Source of the DNA: a virus | Length of the DNA: 64,000 nucleotides | Reading direction: 5' to 3' (one strand) | Virus record (IMG/VR): IMGVR_UViG_3300003775_000074 | In this document: in pieces, positions 49,054-57,617 of the stretch | How positions within the stretch are numbered: position 1 is the stretch's first letter | Layout: the number at the start of each line of letters is the position of its first letter | The notes under the pieces: generated by a model | Databases searched by the model: none | Seen by the model: the letters and a program-made list of their open reading frames with translations, nothing else | Told to the model about the DNA's origin: nothing | Position numbers and translations under genes: made by a program

Positions 49054-49326
49054 TCAGCCCAACAAATCGGCGAACTGCGGGGCGACGGTTGCAGCTCGTT
49101 CAGCCGCAAGGCGTGCCCTGGCCAAGCGCTTGCGCGCCGCATCATAGGCAGGATTAGCCTTACCCCTCGCCTGCCGATCGAGCTTGGCGCAGGCCACACA
49201 TCGGGCGTTGGCCGTATAGCGTGGCGAGCCGGGATGCGCCTCACACTGCAGGCCCCAATAAAGGCGACTGCCTTGCGAGCGCGCCTCTAGCCGTGTGTGC
49301 GGCAGGGTGGCGTTTGCATGTTCCAT
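49054..49326 (-). CDS. Zn-knuckle protein resembling the N-terminus of the adjacent HNH protein; ends FADLLG
   Basis: Y.G..C....G..RYTAN..CV.C motif shared with 49396..50112; RBS GAGG. Confidence 0.7.
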   Translation of the reverse strand: MEHANATLPHTRLEARSQGSRLYWGLQCEAHPGSPRYTANARCVACAKLDRQARGKANPAYDAARKRLARARLAAERAATVAPQFADLLG

Positions 49327-49395
49327 TCAACACCTCATTGATTGATGCACAACGGACGCTAGAGCCTGGCTGCAGCGCAGTCAACACAATGTTGA

Positions 49396-50112
49396 TTAAT
49401 CGCCCATGATCGAAAAGAGGAGTCGGGCATAATCAACAGCCCCGGTTTCCCGATCGATGCCGGCCGCAGCTCGATACGCCTCATCCGTGCGCGCATGCTT
49501 GGAATCGTTATGCGGTTTGCAAAGCCATTGAATGTTGGAAGCGCGGTTAGATCCGCCTCTAGACAAAGGCGTCATGTGGTCAATCGTCAGTCGCTCGGCG
49601 GCATCGCAATAGGCGCATTGGCCACCCTGCAGCACTAATAGCAATGCCGCCTGATCAAGGCTGAACTCGCCTTCCGCAGCTCGCATCCTGGCACGCCTCA
49701 ATGAACGCATGCGCCGCCATAGATCGCGCTGGCGTTGAGGGCGGTTAGTCTCGCGCTCTTGCCGAGCCATCTCGATTGCATGCCCATAGGCCTGCCGCAT
49801 GGCCAATGCATCAGCCTCACGCACCTCACGGCGCAAGCGAGCAGCCTCACGCTTGGGTGCATATGCTGCAGCCTTGGAAGCCCTCACCTTGTCGGGGTTC
49901 GCCCGCTTCCATGCGCGCTTTCGTTCCCGCTCTTGCTCAATGCGCCCTGCCTTGTAGCGCCTGCCATCCGCAGCGAGGCAATGCACGCAAGCGCCGTTCG
50001 CCGTGTAGCGCAATCGAGCGTCGCACCGTGCACAGGGGGAGCCTCGATAACAGCGCGCGCCTAGCAGCCTGGCCGCACCTCGATCATGGGCAATGTCGCT
50101 ATCAGTCAACAC
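49396..50112 (-). CDS. HNH endonuclease adjacent to cos
   Basis: Q.GQCAYC and TIDHMTPLSRGGSN..SNIQWLC..HN..K motifs. Confidence 0.88.
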   Translation of the reverse strand: MLTDSDIAHDRGAARLLGARCYRGSPCARCDARLRYTANGACVHCLAADGRRYKAGRIEQERERKRAWKRANPDKVRASKAAAYAPKREAARLRREVREADALAMRQAYGHAIEMARQERETNRPQRQRDLWRRMRSLRRARMRAAEGEFSLDQAALLLVLQGGQCAYCDAAERLTIDHMTPLSRGGSNRASNIQWLCKPHNDSKHARTDEAYRAAAGIDRETGAVDYARLLFSIMGD

Positions 50113-50248
50113 AGCACAACCTCACCTAACGCAATGCCCGATGTGGGGCGCGCTTAGATGGATAGGAATATCAACCTTATGTTGATCGATCAAGTGATGC
50201 GCCGATGCGCTGATGAGTTGATTGATGCACAACGGACAAGGTGGCTTC

Positions 50249-50290
50249 GGGTCCTGGGCCGCTAAAAATGACGACCGCGGGGGCGCTGAG
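50249..50290 (+). other. Putative lambda-type cos: cosQ GGGTCCT (50249-55) and candidate 12-nt cohesive end GGGGGCGCTGAG (50279-90)
   Basis: Exact lambda cosQ heptamer; applying lambda's 23-nt spacing places the nick before a G-rich 12-mer; gpA-type terminase present. The exact cut position is uncertain. Confidence 0.6.
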
Positions 50291-50347
50291 ACCCCGTTGC
50301 GTGCGGATTTTGAGATTTTTTTCCTAAAATATACGGTTTTGGCGATT

Positions 50348-50678
50348 TACTTGGACCCTTGGACGGTTTTTGGCTCCTACTTGGACGGAAGTTTTCTGTT
50401 ATTTTTCATATACTTATTAAATAAAGTCCAATGGTCCAAAGAGTCCAAGTGAAATTCCCGTGTATGCGCGATCACACACCTGCTGGCAGAAGCGTCCGTT
50501 GTGCATAAATCAACTCATTGGAGAAGGATGCACAACGAACGGCTCTGTCACGTATAGGGATTTTGGCCCATTTTACTTGGACGTTTGGACCAAAATTAAC
50601 ATCCGACTGAAAACTAAGGAAAATTCCCGTCCAACGAGTCGTTTTTTCACTTGGACCGGTCCAAGTAATCACTTGGAC
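50348..50678. repeat. AT-rich array of 12 TTGGAC/GTCCAA repeats plus an IHF consensus site (cosB-like or origin iterons)
   Basis: TTGGAC at 50351, 50359, 50381, 50577, 50585, 50651, 50673; GTCCAA at 50426, 50434, 50443, 50629, 50659; AATCAActcaTTG at 50508. Confidence 0.85.
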
Positions 50679-50725
50679 TCTGAGCACTTTTGCTAATCGA
50701 CATTATGTTGACTCGCGCTTCAGGC

Positions 50726-51046
50726 ATGGTTATGGCTGGGAAATCGCGGGAGGCGAGCGTGAGGAAATTCCGAGAGGACCGCCTGTTCATTCAGGAGATG
50801 CGGACGATCCGCAAATGGTTGGCGCGGCAGTCGTCGATCACGATGGTCCAGTTATGGGGAAAAGGGCTCAAGCGAAACCCGCGTGATCTGCAAACTGCGG
50901 AAGCTCAGCGGATCGCGTTCATCCTCACCAAGAAGCTCGGATGGGAGAAAAGCGGCTCTCGCATTGTCGATGCCAAAGGGTGCCGGCATTGGGAGTACCG
51001 GCCCAAGCCACCGATCGTCGCCATTTACGAAGATCTGCTCGGCTGA
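50726..51046 (+). CDS. Basic winged-helix-like protein ending YEDLLG
   Basis: A.RIA.IL...LGWEK.......G.R.WEY.P recalls the C-terminal DNA-binding module of VapE-type primase/helicases. Start uncertain. Confidence 0.6.
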   Translation: MVMAGKSREASVRKFREDRLFIQEMRTIRKWLARQSSITMVQLWGKGLKRNPRDLQTAEAQRIAFILTKKLGWEKSGSRIVDAKGCRHWEYRPKPPIVAIYEDLLG

Positions 51047-51052
51047 GCGCGC

Positions 51053-51080
51053 AAAGAAAAACCCCGGCTTGTGACCGGGG
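51053..51080 (-). terminator. Intrinsic terminator between convergent genes
   Basis: A-run followed by CCCCGG-cttgtga-CCGGGG. Confidence 0.7.
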
Positions 51081-51105
51081 CAACTCGTTCCAAAATGGAA
51101 GTAGT

Positions 51106-51402
51106 TCAGCGTTTGGATTTCAGATCGCGGATGCGCTCGGCGATCTCAATGCGCCTGATGCGCCAGAGCCCCAATGACCCCTTGCGGTGCACGAGCGGAG
51201 GATCGGCAATCAACGCGGCTTTCTCGATCGCAGCATCTTCCGCATCGCGGATTATCGACGGCAGATTGATCGCCTCCAGCACGGCATCGGCGTCGTTCAG
51301 AAAGCTCACCCACATCGGGTCGCCATCAAACATCGTGTTCTCGGGGTGACCGGCTTTGCGGCAAAGCGCTCGGGCCGCCAGCTCGCGCGGTGATTTGGTC
51401 AT
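51106..51402 (-). CDS. Hypothetical protein, paralogue B
   Basis: N-terminus MTKSPRELAARALCRKAGHPENTMF.G.PMW.SFL shared with the neighbouring gene. Confidence 0.75.
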   Translation of the reverse strand: MTKSPRELAARALCRKAGHPENTMFDGDPMWVSFLNDADAVLEAINLPSIIRDAEDAAIEKAALIADPPLVHRKGSLGLWRIRRIEIAERIRDLKSKR

Positions 51403-51468
51403 GCGCATCACCTCAAGGGCTTGAGAAAATTATCTAATTGCTGAAAAAGCAGCGATATGTGCATCACC

Positions 51469-51777
51469 TCAATGCGATCCATATCGAGCGACGATCTCGC
51501 CCAGCGTCAATTCCCGCTCCCGCGGCCCCGCACGGTTACACGAGATCACGTCGATCGCTTGCGTGTAGAGGCGGGAAACCTGCTCTGCGGATAGCGTCCA
51601 CGAGACACTTACGACCGTTGCCGTTGGGCGATCGAGTTCGCGGATCGCTTCCAACACGGCGTCTACCTCATCCAGGAAGCTCATCCACATCGGCTTCCCT
51701 TCGAACATCGTGTTCTCTGGATGACCGGCTTTGCGGCAGAGCGCTCGGGCCGCCAGTTCGCGCGGGGATTTGGTCAC
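51469..51777 (-). CDS. Hypothetical protein, paralogue A
   Basis: Same N-terminus; GTG start overlapping the upstream stop. Confidence 0.75.
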   Translation of the reverse strand: MTKSPRELAARALCRKAGHPENTMFEGKPMWMSFLDEVDAVLEAIRELDRPTATVVSVSWTLSAEQVSRLYTQAIDVISCNRAGPRERELTLGEIVARYGSH

Positions 51778-52112
51778 GGCTCACTCCCTGCATGGGCGGC
51801 GCACACGTCTCGCCAGGTTGAATAGGCTTCCGCTCGCGGATCGAGCGTAGCGGTGTCCAGCGCTCCGAGACGCATCGCCACCTGCATGATCTGGTTCGGC
51901 CGTTCCTCGCGCGCCAGCACGGCCATCAGGCCGGCACACTGCTGCGGTCGATCACCCTTGTCGGGCTCGTCGCCCGAGTAGTCGACGGTCTTATGGCACT
52001 GGAAAGCCACCGCCGCCTTGATCTCGGCCAGCCGCTCGGGATGGAGCTGGAACGTCGAGCCCGAGCCGCGGCGGAACGGGCAATTCACGCAGGGGCGTTT
52101 AAGGTTGAACAT
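51774..52112 (-). CDS. Cys-rich phage protein
   Basis: PC..CPFR, F.CHKT and QQCAG motifs. Confidence 0.75.
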   Translation of the reverse strand: MFNLKRPCVNCPFRRGSGSTFQLHPERLAEIKAAVAFQCHKTVDYSGDEPDKGDRPQQCAGLMAVLAREERPNQIMQVAMRLGALDTATLDPRAEAYSTWRDVCAAHAGSEP

Positions 52113-52434
52113 TGTAGCTCGGCTGGAATTGCGACATCCATGCCTTTGCAAACTCGTCGCTTACAACGACTTCCTGGAAGCTCAGAACGCATGACACGCC
52201 AAAAAGCCAGACATCATTGACCTTGCGGATATACGGTTGACCGTAGGCGTTCCCAACAGGTGCTTTCACGAAGCGATCATCGTCCACGATAGCGCTACCC
52301 TGATCAGGGTAAGGTTCGTAGTCTTGAAGCGGCGACGGAGGTTGTCTGCTGCAGACCTCATAATCTTCGCCGCTGTCGGACCAAATTACACCTTCACCAC
52401 GACACCTCGGACAGTGTTTCCAGCCTTCCATCAC
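52099..52434 (-). CDS. Hypothetical protein with N-terminal Zn knuckle
   Basis: CPRC.GEG; ATGA overlap. Confidence 0.55.
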   Translation of the reverse strand: MMEGWKHCPRCRGEGVIWSDSGEDYEVCSRQPPSPLQDYEPYPDQGSAIVDDDRFVKAPVGNAYGQPYIRKVNDVWLFGVSCVLSFQEVVVSDEFAKAWMSQFQPSYNVQP

Positions 52435-52796
52435 GCTACCTCCATAACGCGCACGCCTGCGGCGCGAGCTTGGTCCACCATGTTGGCCGTGCCAGAGCCG
52501 CCGGGGAACGCGACGACGAGATCGGGTTTCCCCTCGGCGAGCATCTGAGTGTTCCGCTTCGTGCCGGCCTTGTCATCGCGCCCGCCGTCTTTCCCATCGG
52601 GATACCAGATCGCGGGAAACGCCGTCACGGGGATGCCGCGCCGCTTCGCCCAGGAGCCGGCCAGTCGATCAGCGCCAGGCGCATCGCCGTGGATGAGGCG
52701 GTCACACCCGATCGTGTTGCGGATGCTGTCCAGCTCAAATTCGAGCCGCCGCACATTGCGGAAATCCCGGCCGCCGCACACGAGAACTCTCACCAT
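52431..52796 (-). CDS. DUF2493 / SLOG-family protein
   Basis: RVLVCGGRDF, IHGDA.GAD, RN.QML and VVAFPGGSGTANM motifs. Confidence 0.88.
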   Translation of the reverse strand: MVRVLVCGGRDFRNVRRLEFELDSIRNTIGCDRLIHGDAPGADRLAGSWAKRRGIPVTAFPAIWYPDGKDGGRDDKAGTKRNTQMLAEGKPDLVVAFPGGSGTANMVDQARAAGVRVMEVA

Positions 52797-52834
52797 TTGC
52801 TCTTACCGTCAGCCCGTTCTATCTGGATGGCGAT

Positions 52835-52911
<77 letters not shown>

Positions 52912-52932
52912 TTTGGGCCTTAAGGCGCGGCG

Positions 52933-53250
52933 TCATTGCGCGCGCCTTACTGCGATTTCCAATAGCCGCATAAGATCGGTCGAGTCGACGCCGAGTTTAT
53001 CTGCCATGGATTCAATAAAATCGTCTTCCGAACGTGTAATGGCTGCTGAAGCTTCATTCTCTCGCACTCGTTGACGTTCAGTCAGCCACGCTTTGGCGAT
53101 TCGCACCGCGCCTTGACCACTGTGCGAATAACCAGGAATATCCTCGTCATCGAATCTGGCCGAGAAAATTGTAAAGCCGTTGCTGTCGGTGCTTTCCGTT
53201 ATGACAACACGATCGGTAATGCGCTCACCGTACTGCGTCACGATGCTCAT
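52933..53250 (-). CDS. Hypothetical protein
   Basis: 105 aa; ATGA-type overlap with the upstream gene. Confidence 0.6.
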   Translation of the reverse strand: MSIVTQYGERITDRVVITESTDSNGFTIFSARFDDEDIPGYSHSGQGAVRIAKAWLTERQRVRENEASAAITRSEDDFIESMADKLGVDSTDLMRLLEIAVRRAQ

Positions 53251-53729
53251 AGCTCGATCACCTCGATCTCATGGCGGTGGCCGGCGAACACAGCCTCGTC
53301 GCTTATGATGCCCAGGATCTCACCCGACTTCTTATTGCGAAGGAGTGTCCTGGCCGGATGGACTTGCAGGATCATGCCGCCCATCCGGTTCGGGAAAAGC
53401 GGGTTGAAGTGCCCAGGTTCCACCTGCGCAACCAGCTTGTCGCGCGTCGCGCCGGTCATATAGAGCGTGTCGTGCGGTGCGGGTGGAAGCGCCGCCGCGA
53501 GCTTTGCGAAATTGCTGAGAAAATCGCTCGCCGACCGGGTTGAATCCGCTCTCGTCTGCGTCGTAACCGCATCCGAAAGAGGCCGCTTTTCGCCGTAGCG
53601 CGGGAGATAATCGGCGATCCGATCCTCATGATCCTGCGCGATCATTCTACCCAGGCGGGCGAGTTCGTCTTCGAGTTTGAGCACGGGAAAGGCTCCATCC
53701 GGGTTGCTGGACGGAGATAAGCACGTCAA
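53247..53729 (-). CDS. Hypothetical protein
   Basis: Downstream of the palindrome at 53740; start uncertain. Confidence 0.55.
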   Translation of the reverse strand: MTCLSPSSNPDGAFPVLKLEDELARLGRMIAQDHEDRIADYLPRYGEKRPLSDAVTTQTRADSTRSASDFLSNFAKLAAALPPAPHDTLYMTGATRDKLVAQVEPGHFNPLFPNRMGGMILQVHPARTLLRNKKSGEILGIISDEAVFAGHRHEIEVIEL

Positions 53730-53754
53730 AAATGATTAGTCAACACTATGTTGA

Positions 53755-56232
53755 TTAATGAAGCAGATCATCGTACTCGTCGGACGGTGGATCGGGCAGA
53801 TCGTCCGGCCATTCCAACTCAGAACCGATCCACACTTCGAACGCTCGGCGGCACGTTTCCAGCATCGGGAACTGATAGGTGCGCGGGCGCGCGCCGCCAC
53901 CGCCGCTGTTCGGCCGCGTCTCGCGGACCTCGGGACACATTGCCCGCAGATGCTTGCCGATATCGACGTCGCGCAGCTCCTCACCATCATAGCGGCGCGA
54001 GCGCATCCAGCGGCTATAGGCGTCGCGGAACTCGCGCCGATCGGCGCTGATGGTCTCGCGCGGCCAGTCGCCAGCGCGCTCCTCGTGGAAGCACGGGAAG
54101 TCGGGCTCGCCGCTCTGCAACTGGCCATGCCACCAACGCTCGATATTGCGTAGACCCTGGAGCTTCTGATCGGCCAGGGCAGCCGTATTCGGCACAGCGC
54201 GGACATTGAAATCCGACAGGTCGTAGTTCTGCAGATAGTGCAAGAGCGCTTCCCGGCCGCCGTTCAACATCTCCTGGCGGATCGCGTCGAAATAGGCGTC
54301 GCGCGTCTCGTCGTCGCTGCGCTTGCGGCTGAAGCGCGGATCAACGTCGAGGACAAAATACCGGCGCTCATCTTCGGAGGCCGGCACCACCCATTTTTCG
54401 TTCGACGACATGAACAGCCGCAGGACGCTCTTGACGTGGAAGCCGTTCAGACCCTTCGGCTCGATCAGCACCTTCTCCGAGGTGATGAGGTGCTTCAGCA
54501 TGCCTTCGGCCTGTTTATTGCCGGCCCAAAACCCTTCCTCGACATGGAGCATCAGACACTTTTCCTGGTGCGCGTTGAAGCGGCCGACCATATGCTCCTG
54601 ATTGGCGATCTTGACGTGATGGTGCGGAAACAGGCCGCCGACATAGTCGCCGATCGTGTCCTTGCCGGTGCCCTTCTCGCCACGCAGCACCACGGCAACG
54701 CCCGGCTTTTCCCACGGCTTCTGGATCATGTGAGCGAGCCAGCCGACGAAATAGGTGTTGGCCGTCTCGTCGCCGCGGCAGATGATCGCTCTGATGTGCT
54801 TGAGGATCAGCTTGCAGGAGCCGCGCTTGCTCGGCTCGACGGCGAAGCCGCGCCAGTGGTTATAGGCCCCCTCGACATCCTCGCCCGGCGCGAACACGAC
54901 GCCGTTCGGGTATTCGCGCCGGGCTTTGTGCCGTAGCCACGCCTTCGTCAGGGGCTCAGTGGCCTTTTCCGTCGCGACGCGATCGTTCTCGTAGAAGTTG
55001 TGGAGATCGCCGACCGTACCATAGCTGACCGAGCCGTCCTTGTTCTCGGTGACTATCACCGTCTTGCCGTTGATGAAGGCGACGGCGTGTTTCTTGTTGA
55101 TGCGCGCGACTTTGGGCGGGACGAACCCTAGCTTCTGTTCGACGTCGGCCTTGTTCAGTTTCTGCTGGCGTTTCGTGACCTCCTTGCGAGGCGCAGCCGA
55201 TAAGCCCAGCAGATCGTCGATGATGGAGTTGTCGCCTTCGGGCTCATCCTCCTCGCCGATATCCGGCATGTCGCCGAGATCGTCGAACTCGTCTTCCAGA
55301 TTGTCGAATTCAGCTTCAAGCCGTAGCTCGCGCACTTCCGCCTGGATCGACCGCATCGTGCGATGGCGTCGGCTCTCCTTGTTCTTGAAGGAGAAGAACT
55401 TGTAGCGGCAGGTGCGATCGTCATGCTTCTTCGAGCGCGCAGACCAGGCGCGGAAGACCTCGAAGATCGCTTTCCGCTCTTCCTCCTCGCGACCGAAGGC
55501 CTCGTGCTGCACCGAGGCCATGACGTTCAACCACTCGTCATAGTCCAGATCGTCGTTCGGGATTTCGTCGAGCAGTTCGCGGATCTCATCTACGGAGAGC
55601 CCGAGCGGTTGTTGCTTTTCAGGATCGAGCGCGTCTTCGTCGTCGGCTCCAATCAGTTCCTCAATCGTCTCGGCCGGCACAAAGGGGCCGATTCCGAGTT
55701 CGAGAGCGCTGAAATCGAAGCGTTTGGTCCAGATATAAGGGCGGCCAGTGTCAGGATGGATAGAGGGCGGCAGAGCGACTTGCTTGCCCGTGCCGAACAG
55801 CTCGATCTCCCAGGCCCAATGCTTCGTGCCGTCCGGTCCTTCGATCTTCTCAGCGCTGTGCGCGAGCTTGGTCGAGGGGAAGTGCTTGTCGCTCAGGAAA
55901 TAGATGTGCCGGCTTTCGCCACCCGAGCCCGAGGCGACAGTTGGCATCTCTTTCCAGCCGGGAAATAGTTCGCCGAGCTTCGCGCGCGCTTCGCCGGCCA
56001 GCTTCCGATCGCGAATGTCGAGATCGAGCGCATGCAGAAAGCCGCCGCCAACCTTCGACCATTGGCCGAGCCGAACGCCCAGGTTCTCGCCATCACGATA
56101 GATGCGCTTGAGCTGGTCGAACGACAGAAAAGGCTTCGTGCTCCAATCGTCGCCGATGGGACGCTTGGACTTGGGATGGAGACGATGAATAGCGAACCCG
56201 GCGTCAACCAGGTGTCTTACAGTGTCGAGCAT
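53755..56232 (-). CDS. Bifunctional primase-polymerase / PriCT-2 / SF3 helicase
   Basis: L.P.SKRP, LDLD, H.YF and ALPPS.HP primase motifs; YDEWL.V helical domain; G.KGTGKD Walker A, VEE and SNE helicase motifs. Confidence 0.92.
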   Translation of the reverse strand: MLDTVRHLVDAGFAIHRLHPKSKRPIGDDWSTKPFLSFDQLKRIYRDGENLGVRLGQWSKVGGGFLHALDLDIRDRKLAGEARAKLGELFPGWKEMPTVASGSGGESRHIYFLSDKHFPSTKLAHSAEKIEGPDGTKHWAWEIELFGTGKQVALPPSIHPDTGRPYIWTKRFDFSALELGIGPFVPAETIEELIGADDEDALDPEKQQPLGLSVDEIRELLDEIPNDDLDYDEWLNVMASVQHEAFGREEEERKAIFEVFRAWSARSKKHDDRTCRYKFFSFKNKESRRHRTMRSIQAEVRELRLEAEFDNLEDEFDDLGDMPDIGEEDEPEGDNSIIDDLLGLSAAPRKEVTKRQQKLNKADVEQKLGFVPPKVARINKKHAVAFINGKTVIVTENKDGSVSYGTVGDLHNFYENDRVATEKATEPLTKAWLRHKARREYPNGVVFAPGEDVEGAYNHWRGFAVEPSKRGSCKLILKHIRAIICRGDETANTYFVGWLAHMIQKPWEKPGVAVVLRGEKGTGKDTIGDYVGGLFPHHHVKIANQEHMVGRFNAHQEKCLMLHVEEGFWAGNKQAEGMLKHLITSEKVLIEPKGLNGFHVKSVLRLFMSSNEKWVVPASEDERRYFVLDVDPRFSRKRSDDETRDAYFDAIRQEMLNGGREALLHYLQNYDLSDFNVRAVPNTAALADQKLQGLRNIERWWHGQLQSGEPDFPCFHEERAGDWPRETISADRREFRDAYSRWMRSRRYDGEELRDVDIGKHLRAMCPEVRETRPNSGGGGARPRTYQFPMLETCRRAFEVWIGSELEWPDDLPDPPSDEYDDLLH

Positions 56233-56276
56233 CTTGGCCTGCCGCGCAGCGGATTCGGGAAACTACGGCGCGACGA

Positions 56277-56609
56277 TCAGCGCGGCAGAAAGTCCCAAAA
56301 ATCCGCCTGAGTCACCGGCTTGAAGCCCTCGGGCGGGTTGCTCTGATTCCGCGACATCTCGACGATTCGGTCGACGCGATTGGTCGAAATCAGGTTCTGA
56401 CGGCCCGGTTTGAACCACTTGTAGACGCCTTGATAGGTCATCTCCAGCGCTTCGGCGAGCTTGTGCAGATTCGCGACGCCGTGCTCCTGATCGACGAGAT
56501 CGGGGAGGGCGCGCGTGATGAGATCGTGCAGGGGGCCACGGCTCTCACGCTTGTATCGAGCGTTGCGCGGTCGATCCGCATCCCCGAGCAAATTGTCTGT
56601 GTCGGTCAC
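56277..56609 (-). CDS. Cro-like HTH regulator (110 aa), candidate binder of the 15-bp palindrome
   Basis: RBS AGGAG and GTG start; HTH NLHKLAEALEMTYQGVYKWF; no S24 peptidase domain; divergent promoter contains a strong palindrome copy at 56659. Confidence 0.75.
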   Translation of the reverse strand: MTDTDNLLGDADRPRNARYKRESRGPLHDLITRALPDLVDQEHGVANLHKLAEALEMTYQGVYKWFKPGRQNLISTNRVDRIVEMSRNQSNPPEGFKPVTQADFWDFLPR

Positions 56610-56754
56610 ATGAAAGCTCCTGTTGGCGGATGCACCGTAGCCCAGCCCAATTTGAAATTCAACATTATGTTGACCAACGATCCCGAGCGTGATTATGTGA
56701 TCCCCGTCGCGCCGATCGGCGCCAGATTTCCAAAGCCCTGAAACGGAGTGAACG

Positions 56755-57273
56755 ATGGCCCTCGAAGACCTTTTGACCCGCAACAACGAACTGCTGGCGG
56801 AACACAATGATCTGCTGAAGCAGGTGCTCGCCAAGGCCGGCGCCGGCAAGGCCGCTGCATCGAACGACGGCGACGCCGGCAAGGATGATCCCAAGACGAC
56901 CCGCACGCGCAAACCGAAGGACAACGATGCCGGCGCGGCTTCCGGCCCGAGCTTCGACACGCTCAAGAAGGACCTGACGGCCTGGCTCGGCGAGTTCGCC
57001 AAGGAGTCCGACAAGGAGAACCCTGACGGCGTCCATCCCGAGGTGACGGCCCGCAAGGACGCCCTCGCGAAGGTGTTCAAGAACGACAAGCTCAAGATCG
57101 GCAAGCTGCCCGAGATCGAGAACGATGCCGAGAAGATCGGCATCCTGCACAAGTGGCTGCACGAGACCGCCAAGAAGGCCGACAAGGGCCATGGCATCGG
57201 CCGTCTCGCCGCCGATCCGGTCTCGTCGATCGACGAGGGTGGCGAGGATGACGACGACGGTCTCGGCGTCTGA
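56755..57273 (+). CDS. Replication-operon protein ending DDDDGLGV
   Basis: RBS GGAG; coiled N-terminus, Ala/Lys linker, acidic tail. Confidence 0.8.
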   Translation: MALEDLLTRNNELLAEHNDLLKQVLAKAGAGKAAASNDGDAGKDDPKTTRTRKPKDNDAGAASGPSFDTLKKDLTAWLGEFAKESDKENPDGVHPEVTARKDALAKVFKNDKLKIGKLPEIENDAEKIGILHKWLHETAKKADKGHGIGRLAADPVSSIDEGGEDDDDGLGV

Positions 57274-57313
57274 TCGACGCTGAGCCGGCGCAACCCTGGC
57301 CCTCCGGGGCCGG

Positions 57314-57397
57314 GGCTTTGCGGTGAGAGGTGACCCCTTGCCGGTGTAGCGACGGCGAGCGGTTTGCAGACCAGCGGTCACCTCTCACCGCAAAGCC
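57314..57397 (+). other. Perfect 22-bp inverted repeat enclosing two small hairpins
   Basis: GGCTTTGCGGTGAGAGGTGACC (57314-35) pairs with GGTCACCTCTCACCGCAAAGCC (57376-97). Confidence 0.85.
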
Positions 57398-57406
57398 TCA
57401 CGGGAG

Positions 57407-57604
57407 ATGATCATGGATAAGCAACTGCTCGCTCGTGCCTTCAATGAGTGGATGCGCCGATACACCGAAGAGCCTGAGCGCTTCGAGGCGGAATTTGCGA
57501 CCGTGAAGCGGTTTCTTGCCGAGCAGAGCGGCGACGCCGAGCCTTCGTACGGCTTGAGCGCGGCTGAATACCTCGTCGACATTTGCGCCGAGCTTTCGGC
57601 CTGA
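57407..57604 (+). CDS. Small hypothetical protein
   Basis: RBS GGGAG; AFNEWMRRY.EEPE.FE.EF. Confidence 0.75.
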   Translation: MIMDKQLLARAFNEWMRRYTEEPERFEAEFATVKRFLAEQSGDAEPSYGLSAAEYLVDICAELSA

Positions 57605-57617
57605 CGCCAAACAAGCG

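Larger units (their letters stand above)
49338..50537. repeat. 20-bp motif TTGATTGATGCACAACGGAC around cos
   Basis: Exact copies at 49338 and 50218 (+), a 19/20 inverted copy at 50494, and an 11-bp partial at 50527. Confidence 0.85.

Noticed and set aside
56430-56741. Plus-strand 103-aa ORF as the repressor
   Set aside because: It is antisense to the HTH gene 56277..56609, which has the RBS and a recognisable helix-turn-helix.
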